Source: Thalassobaculaceae bacterium
Lineage (GTDB): Bacteria; Pseudomonadota; Alphaproteobacteria; Thalassobaculales; Thalassobaculaceae
Direction: 5' to 3'
DNA length: 64,000 bases
Assembly (NCBI GenBank): GCA_965228875.1
Contig: OZ245843.1
Span: forward strand, 3,206,616-3,270,615
Below the pieces are notes generated by a model. That model had not been told where the DNA came from, searched no databases, and saw only the letters and a program-made list of their open reading frames with translations. Of this stretch, positions 14,100-22,866 are shown piece after piece. Within the stretch, counting starts at the first letter, position 1, and the number at the start of each line of letters is the position of its first letter. A program made the position numbers and the translations under genes.

Positions 14100-15641
14100 T
14101 CAGTCCTGGAACCGGGCGCGGCGCTCGTAGGTCTCGATCTTCTTGAGCACCATGGCCGGCTCGACCGGGATGTTGCCGTCCATCTCGCACTCGGCCGCCG
14201 CCGCCATGGCCCCGAGGATCGAGGCGACCACCTCGTCGCCCGTCGCCTTCAGCGCCAGCGTGGCGTAGGCCAGCAGCGCGTCGCCGGAACCGACCGCGTC
14301 GATCACATGGTCGGCGAAGCTGTCGAGACCGAAGAAGGTGCGCAGTTCGCCGCCGCTCTCGCGGAACGTCATCGACCCGCGCGAGCCCAGCTTGAGGATC
14401 AGCACCCGGCACCGCGCCTCCTCGAATAGGCGGGTGCCCAGCGGGCGGATGACCGTGTCCTGGTCGCCGAGGGAGAACCGCGCCTCCTTCTCGTTCGGCG
14501 TGATCAGGTCGAAGCCGGCGAAGTCCAGGATGTTGCCCCAACGGCTCGCGACCTGGCTGTCGGCGACCTTGAATGTGCCCTCGGGGATCGCGGCCGACAG
14601 CGCGGGAATGCTCTCGCCGTTGAACAGGCCGTGGCGGAAGTCGCTGAACACCACGGCATCCGACGGAGTCTCCTTGATCGCGCGGACGATGCGCTTGGTG
14701 ATCTGTTCGGAGATGCCGCGGTTGTCGAGGGTGTCGATCTTCAGCATGCGGTAGCCGCCGGCGACGATCGCGTTCTTGTTGATGGTCGGCCGGGTTTCGT
14801 CGACGATGTCGTTCAGGCGGATGCCCGACCTGGCGATGTCGTCGCGCACGAACTGCGCCAGCGCGTCCTCGCCGAGGACGGTGGTGAAGGTGACGTCGGC
14901 CCCGGCCGCCTCCAGGTGCTTGGCGACGATGCCGGCGCCGCCGACGTAGTCGCGCTTGTCCTCGTAGCGCACGCTGAGCGTCGGCGTCTTGCCGCTGGCC
15001 CCGATCATCGAGGTGATGGTCAGGGAGTCGACGATGGTGTCGCCGACCACATGGACCTTCAGGCCCTGCACCGCCTTCAGTGCGTTCTTCAGGTCGTCGA
15101 AGCTGCGCTTCTCGCCCTCGAGAAGGTTCATCAGCTTCTCGACGGCGATGTCCGGCGGGCCGGACTCGATGATCGCCGAGGACGAGTAGACGATGTCGCC
15201 CGGGGTGAAGATCACCTCGCCGCCATAGCTCTCGACGGCGGCCTTCTCCTCCGCCGTGCGCGGATGCAGGCCGCCGCGCTGGTACTCGTAGCCCTTGACG
15301 AAGTAGTCGGGCTTGATCGTCAGGATGTTCTCGATCGGCGTCGGGTTCGGATCGACGGTGACGTAGTCGACCGTCTCCAGCGCCGCCAGGTTCAGCGCCC
15401 GCAGGTCCTCCGGCACGAAGGGCCGGTGATCCGCCTTCTTCACATGGGCGTCCGCGGTCACGCCGACCACCAGCTTGGCACCCTTGGAGCGGGCATAGAC
15501 CAGGTGGCGGATGTGCCCCGGATGCACCAGGTCGAAGGTGCCGTGGCACATCACGATCTTCTGCTTTCGCGGCAGATCGCCGAGCAGCTCCGCCAGTTCG
15601 GCCGCGGTCTTGATTTTGTGTTTGTAGGTGCTCTCGATCAC
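14100..15641 (-). CDS. Bifunctional nucleotidylyltransferase / PfkB sugar kinase (HldE-like, reversed domain order)
   Basis: N-terminal GTFDLVHPGH (HxGH), KGYEY, SSSAII; C-terminal VGDTIVD, GGAGIVA, ITPNEKEA, DAVGSGD. AAGGAG RBS. Confidence 0.88.
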   Translation of the reverse strand: MIESTYKHKIKTAAELAELLGDLPRKQKIVMCHGTFDLVHPGHIRHLVYARSKGAKLVVGVTADAHVKKADHRPFVPEDLRALNLAALETVDYVTVDPNPTPIENILTIKPDYFVKGYEYQRGGLHPRTAEEKAAVESYGGEVIFTPGDIVYSSSAIIESGPPDIAVEKLMNLLEGEKRSFDDLKNALKAVQGLKVHVVGDTIVDSLTITSMIGASGKTPTLSVRYEDKRDYVGGAGIVAKHLEAAGADVTFTTVLGEDALAQFVRDDIARSGIRLNDIVDETRPTINKNAIVAGGYRMLKIDTLDNRGISEQITKRIVRAIKETPSDAVVFSDFRHGLFNGESIPALSAAIPEGTFKVADSQVASRWGNILDFAGFDLITPNEKEARFSLGDQDTVIRPLGTRLFEEARCRVLILKLGSRGSMTFRESGGELRTFFGLDSFADHVIDAVGSGDALLAYATLALKATGDEVVASILGAMAAAAECEMDGNIPVEPAMVLKKIETYERRARFQD

Positions 15642-15652
15642 CGCGCCGCTCC

Positions 15653-16684
15653 TTATGCCGTCGCGTTCTTCTTGTCGTCGCCCCCCCGGCCGTCACCGAG
15701 GTAGTCGAACCAGGTCTTGGTCGCCTGGGCGATGCTGTCGGGCGTCCACAACGGCGCCTCGCGCCAGTAGTCGAGCTGCGCCAGCATCCGGCCGACGCCC
15801 TCCTCGAACGACACCTCCTGCTTCCAGCCGAGATCGCGGGTGATCTTGGCGATGTTGGCGAAGGTGCAGTCGGGTTCGCCCGGCCGCTTGGGGATGTTGA
15901 CGTGCGCGCTCTCCAGAAGCTCGACGAGCTTGGTGACCGGCTGCGGGTTGCCGGCGCCGAGGTTCCAGACCTCGCCCACCTTGTCGGTCTCGGCCGCCGC
16001 CAGGAAGGCGCGGGCGACGTCGGTGACGAACAGGAAATCGCGGCTCTGGCTGCCGTCGCCCACCACCGTGAGCGGCTGTCCGGCGATCTTCTGGCGCAGG
16101 AACACCCCGAACACCGCCCCATAGGCGCCCGAGGTACGCGACCGCGTGCCGTAGGCGTTGAAGATGCGGACGGAGTTCACCGGCAGGCCGTAGACCTGGT
16201 GCCAGTGGAACGCCGCCTGCTCGCCCTGGTATTTCGACAGGGCGTACGGATACTGCGGGCGGATCGGGTGGTCCTCGTCGGTCGGCACGTCGGCCAGGCC
16301 ATAGCAGGACGAGGACGCGGCGTAGACGAACCTTTTCACGCCGGCGTTGCGCGACGCCTCCAGCACGCAGGCCGTGCCCTGGACGTTGACCGACATGTAC
16401 TCCAGCGGCCGCTCGATCGACGGCACGATGTCGCCGATGCCGGCAAAATGGATGACGATCCGAGCGCCCTCGAACGCGGCGTCGTCCGGCGTGATCGAGC
16501 GGATGTCGCGGAAGTCGCGGATCAGGTCCGGGGTATCGCCGTGATGCGCGAGGTTAAGCTCGCGCCCGCCGGTCAGGTTGTCGATCGCGCGCACGCGATA
16601 GCCGCGTTGCAGCAGCAGGTCGACCATATGCGACCCGATGAACCCGGCGCCGCCGGTGACGATGGCGTAAGGCTTGTCCGCCAT
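15653..16684 (-). CDS. NAD-dependent epimerase/dehydratase (UDP-sugar 4-epimerase-like)
   Basis: VTGGAGFIGSH, ASSSCYG, YALSK, RIFNAYG, GDGSQSRDF. Confidence 0.9.
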   Translation of the reverse strand: MADKPYAIVTGGAGFIGSHMVDLLLQRGYRVRAIDNLTGGRELNLAHHGDTPDLIRDFRDIRSITPDDAAFEGARIVIHFAGIGDIVPSIERPLEYMSVNVQGTACVLEASRNAGVKRFVYAASSSCYGLADVPTDEDHPIRPQYPYALSKYQGEQAAFHWHQVYGLPVNSVRIFNAYGTRSRTSGAYGAVFGVFLRQKIAGQPLTVVGDGSQSRDFLFVTDVARAFLAAAETDKVGEVWNLGAGNPQPVTKLVELLESAHVNIPKRPGEPDCTFANIAKITRDLGWKQEVSFEEGVGRMLAQLDYWREAPLWTPDSIAQATKTWFDYLGDGRGGDDKKNATA

Positions 16685-16708
16685 GGGAAGCTCCGCTGCT
16701 GAGGCCGC

Positions 16709-17437
16709 TCAGGTCGCGATGGTGAAGCCGGCGGCCGAGGCGTCGCCCTCGAACATCTTCACCGTCTCCAGGCTGAACTGGTCGAGGTCCTTGCCGAGCC
16801 CGCCGAGTTTGCCCAGCAGGTCGTTGGTCACCGTGATGATGTGGCAGCCCATCGCGTCGGCCTGGATGATGTTCAGAAGCTCGCGCGGGCTGGCCCAGAG
16901 CAGCTCCGCCTTCGGACGGGCTTTCAGGATCTCCAGGCACTCGGTCATCATCGGGATCGGATCCCGGCCGGTATCGGCGACGCGGCCGGCGAAGACCGAA
17001 ATGATCGCCGGGGTCGCCGGGTCGAGTGCGTCGGCGATCGCCTGAACCTGGGCCGGGGTCATGATCGCCGTCACGTTCACCACCACGCCGTCCTTGGACA
17101 GAGTGGAGATCACCTCCCCCATGAACGCGCCCTTGGTGTTGGTCACCGGGATCTTGACGTTGACGTTCGGTCCCCAACTCCCGATCACCCGGGCCTGGGC
17201 GATCATCGACGCGGCGTCGTCGGCGAACACCTCGAAGGAGACCGGCTTGTCCGTGATGGCCGCGAGCACGTCGCGGGCGAAGGCGGCGTAGTCGGTCACG
17301 CCGGCCTTGCGCATCAGCGTCGGGTTGGTGGTCAGCCCCTTGATGTAGGGCCTGGCCGCCATCGTCTTCATGCCCTCGAGATCCGCACCGTCGGCGAAGA
17401 TCTTGATCTTCAGGTCATCGACAGAGTTCACGCTCAT
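16709..17437 (-). CDS. tal: Transaldolase / fructose-6-phosphate aldolase family
   Basis: IFADGAD, GLTTNPTL, NVKIP (Schiff-base Lys), VNVTA, SVFAGRVAD, WASPR. Confidence 0.87.
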   Translation of the reverse strand: MSVNSVDDLKIKIFADGADLEGMKTMAARPYIKGLTTNPTLMRKAGVTDYAAFARDVLAAITDKPVSFEVFADDAASMIAQARVIGSWGPNVNVKIPVTNTKGAFMGEVISTLSKDGVVVNVTAIMTPAQVQAIADALDPATPAIISVFAGRVADTGRDPIPMMTECLEILKARPKAELLWASPRELLNIIQADAMGCHIITVTNDLLGKLGGLGKDLDQFSLETVKMFEGDASAAGFTIAT

Positions 17438-17508
17438 GCTGTCCCTCCAGCGGATCCCGACGCTGTGACGCGCCGGCTCAGGTGTGACGCGGCTTCGCGC
17501 CGGTTGGT

Positions 17509-18057
17509 CTACGACGCGCGCTCCCGCGCCAGGATCAGTCGGGCCGCTTCCGCCACGTCGGCCACGGTGAAATCCGGGATCTCCCGTTCCGGCTCGGTGT
17601 AGCCGCGGTCGATCAGGATCGTCCTGCAGCCCGCCGCCCTGCCGGCTCCGACGTCGCGCCAGCGATCACCGATCATGTAACTCGTTGCGAGATCGAGGTC
17701 GAGGTCACGCGCGGCCCGCAACAGCATTCCGGGCGCCGGCTTGCGACAATCGCAGCCTTCTCCCGAGTCGTGGGGGCAGATCCGCACATCGTCGAGCGGC
17801 ATTTCCGCCCGCAGCCGGTCGTGCATCGCCGTCATCGTGGCCGAATCGACGTTCCCGCGGGCCAGTTCGGGCTGGTTCGTCGTCAGCACCGTCACGAATC
17901 CGGCCGCCTTCAGCGACCGTACCGCGCCCGGCGCCTCGGGCAGGATCTCGAACGCATCGAGGGTCAGCGCGGCATAGGGCTTGCCGTTGCGGACCTCCGT
18001 GCGCACCAGAACGCCGTCGCGGTCCAGGAACACGGCTCTGCGCGGCACGCTCACCAT
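17509..18057 (-). CDS. gmhB: GmhB-type heptose-bisphosphate phosphatase (HAD IIIA)
   Basis: FLDRDGVL, TNQP, CPH...CDCRKPAPGML, IGDRWRD. Confidence 0.88.
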   Translation of the reverse strand: MVSVPRRAVFLDRDGVLVRTEVRNGKPYAALTLDAFEILPEAPGAVRSLKAAGFVTVLTTNQPELARGNVDSATMTAMHDRLRAEMPLDDVRICPHDSGEGCDCRKPAPGMLLRAARDLDLDLATSYMIGDRWRDVGAGRAAGCRTILIDRGYTEPEREIPDFTVADVAEAARLILARERAS

Positions 18058-18079
18058 CCGGCTCTCCGGATCCCGGCCC

Positions 18080-18682
18080 TCATGCGCGGGCGAGACCCTC
18101 CCACTTGTTGGCCTTGGCCATCAGGTCCGGATGGCACACCAGACCGTGCCAGACCACCGCCTGGAAGGCCTCCGAATGCGGGGTGATGTGGTTCGCGTCG
18201 ACGACCGGCACCACCATGACGTGGTCGCCGACCTGCTTGGTGTAGCCGCCGTCGCGGCCGACCACGCCGAGAATCGTCAGGCCATGCTCCCGGGCGTATT
18301 CCAGCGCCAGAACCAAGTTCGGGCTCACGTTCTTCTCGCGCGAGCCGCCGCCCACCGAGAACACCAGCACCGCGTCGTTCTCGTTCGCCTTGGAGACTTC
18401 GAGCCAGCCGGCGAACACGCTCTCCCATCCCTCGTCATTGGTGCGGGCGGTGAGTTCGGCGACATTGTCGGTCGGCGCGTAGGCCTCGATCGCGCAGAGC
18501 TTGCGGAAATCGTTCACCGCGTGGCCGCAGTTCGCCGCCGAGCCGCCGACCCCGAGGATGAACAGCCGGCCACCGCGGGCGCGCAGGTCGACCAGCGCCT
18601 TGACCATCGCCTCCATCTCGGCGGTGTCGAGGCTGCGGCAGATCTCCGCCGCCTGGGCGAGATAGGTCTCGGCGTGCGACAT
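18080..18682 (-). CDS. gmhA: SIS-domain phosphosugar isomerase (GmhA-like, divergent)
   Basis: GVGGSAANCGHAVND, LTARTNDEGWESVF, GRDGG; differs from canonical GNGGSAADAQH/STSGNS/IQE.H. Confidence 0.78.
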   Translation of the reverse strand: MSHAETYLAQAAEICRSLDTAEMEAMVKALVDLRARGGRLFILGVGGSAANCGHAVNDFRKLCAIEAYAPTDNVAELTARTNDEGWESVFAGWLEVSKANENDAVLVFSVGGGSREKNVSPNLVLALEYAREHGLTILGVVGRDGGYTKQVGDHVMVVPVVDANHITPHSEAFQAVVWHGLVCHPDLMAKANKWEGLARA

Positions 18683-18710
18683 CGCGCGATCCTCCCTGAA
18701 ACGGCGCGCC

Positions 18711-19727
18711 TTACGCGGCCGTCAGCTTCTGCATGGTCTTGACGTTGAAGTACCTGTCGTCGGTCATCGAGTTCGGCAGCTTGCCGTCCCGGAACGCCTT
18801 GACCAGGCCGCGGACCGCGTCCTCGACCGTCAGCTTCGGCTCGAATCCGAGGGTGTTGCGGATCTTGTCGGAGTTGACGTGGTAGGAGCGGATATCGTCG
18901 GTCGGCGTCGTGACGATGTCGATCGGCGCCTTCTCCGGCATCTCCTCCTCGACGACCTTCTTCACCACGTTGGCGATCTCGCTGATCGCCATGTTCTGGT
19001 AGCCGGCGTTGAAGGTGCCGCCGTTGATCTTGTCGGCGTCGTAGCTCAGCAGCTCGACATAGAGCCGGCTGACGTCCTCGACATGGATGTTCGGGCGCAG
19101 CTGGCTGCCGCCGAACACGGTGATCTTGCCGTTGTTGACCGCGTGGTTGGTCAGGATGTTGACCGACAGATCCAGACGCATGCGCGGGGCGTAGCCGCAG
19201 ACCGTCGCCGGGCGGATGGTGACGGCGACGAAGTCGTCGTCGTTGTGCTTCCACAGCAGCGGCTCGCACATGCCCTTGAACTTGTTGTAGTCGGTCAGCG
19301 GGACCAGCGGGTGGTCCTCGGTGACGTCCGGCGCGTCGGAGACGCCGTAGACCGAGGAGGTCGAGGCGTAGACGAAGCGCTTCACGCCGGCTTTCTTGGC
19401 GGCGACGACCATCGGCTCGAAGCAGTCGAAGTTGATCGACTTCGACAGGTTCGGGTCGAGGATGAAGGACGGGTCGTTGGAGATGCACGCGAGGTGGATC
19501 ACCGCGTCGCAGCCGGCGACGGCCCGGGCGAAGGCGTCGGTGTCGCGCAGGTCGCCCTTGATCGAGTGGAGCTTCGGGTTCGACAGCGGCAGGTTGTCGT
19601 CGCCGAAATACTGGATGTCGAAGACGACGACCTCGTAGCCGGCGTCGAGCAGCTTCGGCGTCAGCATGGAGCCGACATAACCGGCCCCGCCGGTCACGAG
19701 AACGCGCTTGATGGTCTGATCGGTCAT
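18711..19727 (-). CDS. NAD-dependent epimerase/dehydratase (extended SDR), first gene of sugar operon
   Basis: VLVTGGAGYVGS, HLACISND, STSSVYG, YNKFK, RPATVCG. Confidence 0.9.
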   Translation of the reverse strand: MTDQTIKRVLVTGGAGYVGSMLTPKLLDAGYEVVVFDIQYFGDDNLPLSNPKLHSIKGDLRDTDAFARAVAGCDAVIHLACISNDPSFILDPNLSKSINFDCFEPMVVAAKKAGVKRFVYASTSSVYGVSDAPDVTEDHPLVPLTDYNKFKGMCEPLLWKHNDDDFVAVTIRPATVCGYAPRMRLDLSVNILTNHAVNNGKITVFGGSQLRPNIHVEDVSRLYVELLSYDADKINGGTFNAGYQNMAISEIANVVKKVVEEEMPEKAPIDIVTTPTDDIRSYHVNSDKIRNTLGFEPKLTVEDAVRGLVKAFRDGKLPNSMTDDRYFNVKTMQKLTAA

Positions 19728-19802
19728 GGGTCGTTCCTGCCTGGCCTTGGCTGAGACTGTCGCGGTGCGGCGCCGACGCGGCGGCCGCGCGAAGTTGCGC
19801 GC

Positions 19803-19831
19803 GGTATAGCCGAGATGACCCAGTGCAGCAA
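19803..19831 (-). promoter_or_regulatory. Putative sigma70 promoter of the 19727-6402 sugar operon
   Basis: Minus strand TTGCTG-N17-TATACC in the intergenic gap, followed by a CCGCGCG/CGCGCGG hairpin. Confidence 0.45.
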
Positions 19832-19872
19832 GGACGTGGACGGCCCGGATGTCAGCGGCACGGACACCGGCG

Positions 19873-21540
19873 TCACGCCCCCGCGCGCCAGGCGGCCATG
19901 GCGGCCGGCGGCAGCACCGGCGCCGGGTCGATGCCGAGCGCCGCGAACGCCGCCGCCTGGTCGCGCACCAGCGACTCGGGCAGGCGCAGCCGGTCGCCTT
20001 CTAGGGCCGCCATCAGGAATCGGGTGGCGTCGAGGATCTCGGCCTCGGAGTTCTCGCGGAAGTACAACCCGTCGGGCTCGACATGTTCGGTCTGGATCGC
20101 CTGGGCGTAACGCCGGCACTGTGCCTCCAGCGGCACCCGGCCGCCCGTCGCGTCGATCAACGCCTTCGGCAGGTACAGGGTGTTCGGCGTCGCCACCACA
20201 TGCGCCAGCGTGATCCAGTTGGTGAACAGCACGGGCCGGCCGAACAGCAGCGGCACGAACGACATGCCGGAGGCCGAACCGATGTGGAACCGGCAGGCAG
20301 CGGCCAGGGCGATGTCGGTACGGGCGTCGCGGGCGGGCGAATGCGCGTAGTCGATGACGTTGTCGCGCGGCCGCATCACCGTCATCGCCGGATCGCCGAG
20401 CCGGACGACGATGCCGCCGGCGGCGATCACCGCGTCGATCGCCGCGTCGTAGCGCTCGATCGTTCCGTCGCGCTGGCCGTCGGCGTAGCTCGGGCCGCGG
20501 TAGCCGCTGTCGCGCACGTGCAGGGTCACGAGGAAGCGCGCCGGATCGCCGCCCTGGTCGGTGAGGAATCGCCGCGCCTCGGCCCGCAGGGCCGCGACCT
20601 CCGTGGACGCCACGGGGCCGCGTTCGATCCAGCGCGCCGCCGCCCAGGACATGACCCCGGTCGCAGACCTGGTGGCACCGATCGACCGTTGAAACCCGCG
20701 CCGGTCGGCCACCGGCACCAGGGCGTCTGCCATGGCGTTGAGCGTCATCGGAGCCGGCGAGGAGGGTTCGGGCGGCCGCACCGGCGACGTGTCGGGACCG
20801 AAATCGGCGGTCAGCGCCCGGGCCAGCCACGGGTTGGCCGTCGCGCCCTCGGTGACGGTCAGCACCAGATCGTCGCCCCGAAGATCGCGCAGCAGATCGG
20901 CCATCGCCCGGGCGACGACCATGTGGCCGATGGCGCGGAAGAAGTTCGGACTGAAGCGGACCGACGGCGCCGCCGCCAGCGCCGCCCGGTCGATCTCCGC
21001 GATGATCCGCCGCAGCGCCAGCACATCCCGCGGCCGGGCGAGCACGTGGACGAGCTTGGCGGCCCGGTCGAGCAGGACCCGAGCCGGCGCGGCGCCGTCG
21101 GCCGGCCACCGCGCCGCGGCCGCGACCGGGTCGTCCGCGCGCAGCAGTCGCTCGGCCGCGGCCAGGATGACGAGGCGCTGCGACCGGGGCCGACCATAGC
21201 GCGCTGCCACCTCGAGCACCGATGCCGCCTGGCCGGAGACCGCCGACAGGAACGCGACGAAGCCGAACTGCTCCGGGTCGGCGCAGACCAGGGTCCAGCG
21301 TTCGAGCGGCGGTTCCTCGTCGGGCCGGATGCCGTGGCGGATCAGGATCGCCGCGCAGACCGACGGGCCGTCATCCCTGTCCAGGTGGTGCAGCACCAAC
21401 GCGCGAACCGCCCGGCGTCGGGCGGCAGGGTCGTCGAGTCCCCGCAGCAGCCGGCGGACGGCCGCGGCGTTGCGGCGATAGCCCGCTTCGGCCGGTGTCT
21501 CGTCGGTGGCGCCGGGCAGCGCCCCGTGCCGGCACGTCAC
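19873..21540 (-). CDS. Putative glycosyltransferase, TIGR04372-like, with N-terminal extension
   Basis: AIGHMV, VTLHVRDSGY, VVRLGD, VIDYA, FHIGSASG, FGRPVLFTNW, ENSEAEI. GTG start overlaps the upstream TGA. Confidence 0.72.
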   Translation of the reverse strand: MTCRHGALPGATDETPAEAGYRRNAAAVRRLLRGLDDPAARRRAVRALVLHHLDRDDGPSVCAAILIRHGIRPDEEPPLERWTLVCADPEQFGFVAFLSAVSGQAASVLEVAARYGRPRSQRLVILAAAERLLRADDPVAAAARWPADGAAPARVLLDRAAKLVHVLARPRDVLALRRIIAEIDRAALAAAPSVRFSPNFFRAIGHMVVARAMADLLRDLRGDDLVLTVTEGATANPWLARALTADFGPDTSPVRPPEPSSPAPMTLNAMADALVPVADRRGFQRSIGATRSATGVMSWAAARWIERGPVASTEVAALRAEARRFLTDQGGDPARFLVTLHVRDSGYRGPSYADGQRDGTIERYDAAIDAVIAAGGIVVRLGDPAMTVMRPRDNVIDYAHSPARDARTDIALAAACRFHIGSASGMSFVPLLFGRPVLFTNWITLAHVVATPNTLYLPKALIDATGGRVPLEAQCRRYAQAIQTEHVEPDGLYFRENSEAEILDATRFLMAALEGDRLRLPESLVRDQAAAFAALGIDPAPVLPPAAMAAWRAGA

Positions 21541-21986
21541 GTGAAGCTGTCCACTCCCTCGATCGGCGGCAGCATCGCCCGGTCGATGGACTGCGGCGAC
21601 CGCTCGAGGGCGGCGTTCAGCAGCAGCAGTTCCTCCGCCGCCTGGACGCCCGCCTCGTCCTCGACGACCAGCGTCTCGTAGATGAAGTGCATCGATCCGC
21701 CGGCGGCCAGCAGTTGGTCGAACACCTCGCGCCGCTTCTGCGGCGTCTCCGGCAGCATGAACAGACTGCACATGACGATACCCTCGATCTGATCGAGGTC
21801 GCGCAGCATGGCGTAGAGCTGCAGGTAGCAGCCGTCGAAGAAGTACTCGCCGCGCGACAGGCGGAACACCTTGCCCTTGGAGCGGACGTAGTCGCGCATG
21901 ATCAGGTTCTGCGACGTCGCCGGGATGCGCAGTCCCTTGAAGGACTGGTGGGTGACGTAGCCCTGCAGGCCTTCCCTGTTAGCCAT
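21537..21986 (-). CDS. Sporadic carbohydrate cluster protein (LIC12192/TIGR04323-like)
   Basis: GYVTHQSF..LRIP...QNLIMRDY, LS..EY, GIVMCSLFMLP; adjacent to its usual oxygenase partner (recognised from memory). Confidence 0.75.
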   Translation of the reverse strand: MANREGLQGYVTHQSFKGLRIPATSQNLIMRDYVRSKGKVFRLSRGEYFFDGCYLQLYAMLRDLDQIEGIVMCSLFMLPETPQKRREVFDQLLAAGGSMHFIYETLVVEDEAGVQAAEELLLLNAALERSPQSIDRAMLPPIEGVDSFT

Positions 21987-22803
21987 CGAAGCCCTCCGGC
22001 TCCTGGTAGTTCATGCCGACCCGGCTCAGCACCTTCGGCGTGATCGGCGAATAGAACCGTCCGAGACACTTCTCCTCGCTGGTGTAGGGCGTGAACAGGC
22101 CGGTCAGTCGGCAGTTCAGCGACCAGCGGGTCTCGTCGGTGACGTTCATGATGTTGCCGTGCAGCAGCAGGGGCGAGAACACCAGCACCTTGCCATAGGG
22201 GACGGAGACCCAGTGGAAGTCGTCCTTGAACTCCTCGAACAGGTCGAAATCGCGCCCGCCGTTCGGCAGGTTGCTCATCTTGCCGCGCACCGTCCGGTTG
22301 ATCTCCGGTGCGAGGATGAACATCGCCTTGGTGTCGTAGACGTCGACCAGGGGCATCCACTGCACCACCTCGAACGGCGTCTCGGCCGACCACGGATCCG
22401 CGTGCACCGGCAGGACGGAGGTCGGGTCGTTCGGCATCTGGATCGACAGGTTGACCTTGTTCTGCATCGCCAGCTCGTTGCCGACGATCGCGTCGACGGT
22501 CGAACGGGCCAGCGACAGGTAGGTCGGCCGCGCCCAGGCGCGGTTGTTGAGCTGCTGAAACACGTGCAGCCGCAGGGCGTTGACGTCCTCGACCGCCACC
22601 CGCTCGTGCACCGTATTCAGGAAATCGCCGTCATCCTCCGGCAGGTCGCAGCCGATATGGCCGCAGGCGAACCTGACGAACTCGTGACGGAACGCGTCCA
22701 GCCGTTCCCGGTCATCGACGTCGACGACCACGTAGCCCTGGTCCAGGAATTCGCGGGACAGGGCGCTCTCCCGCGCGTCGGTAAAGCTCTCGATCAAGGC
22801 CAT
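21979..22803 (-). CDS. Sporadic carbohydrate cluster 2OG-Fe(II) oxygenase (TIGR04324-like)
   Basis: VGNELAMQNKVNLSIQMP, HAD (HxD), LLHGN, ETRWSLNCR. Confidence 0.8.
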   Translation of the reverse strand: MALIESFTDARESALSREFLDQGYVVVDVDDRERLDAFRHEFVRFACGHIGCDLPEDDGDFLNTVHERVAVEDVNALRLHVFQQLNNRAWARPTYLSLARSTVDAIVGNELAMQNKVNLSIQMPNDPTSVLPVHADPWSAETPFEVVQWMPLVDVYDTKAMFILAPEINRTVRGKMSNLPNGGRDFDLFEEFKDDFHWVSVPYGKVLVFSPLLLHGNIMNVTDETRWSLNCRLTGLFTPYTSEEKCLGRFYSPITPKVLSRVGMNYQEPEGFDG

Positions 22804-22866
22804 CGCCGGTCTCCATAAAGGTCCGCTGCACGGGACTTAATGCCTCCGGACCCGCCGGCCAAGGGG

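Noticed and set aside
13132..16122. Apparent 996-aa fusion ORF (similar over-extensions at 22867-25053, 42191-44395, 47817-49964, 50375-51859)
   Set aside because: Only the C-terminal parts have family motifs; true starts have an RBS or overlap the upstream stop.
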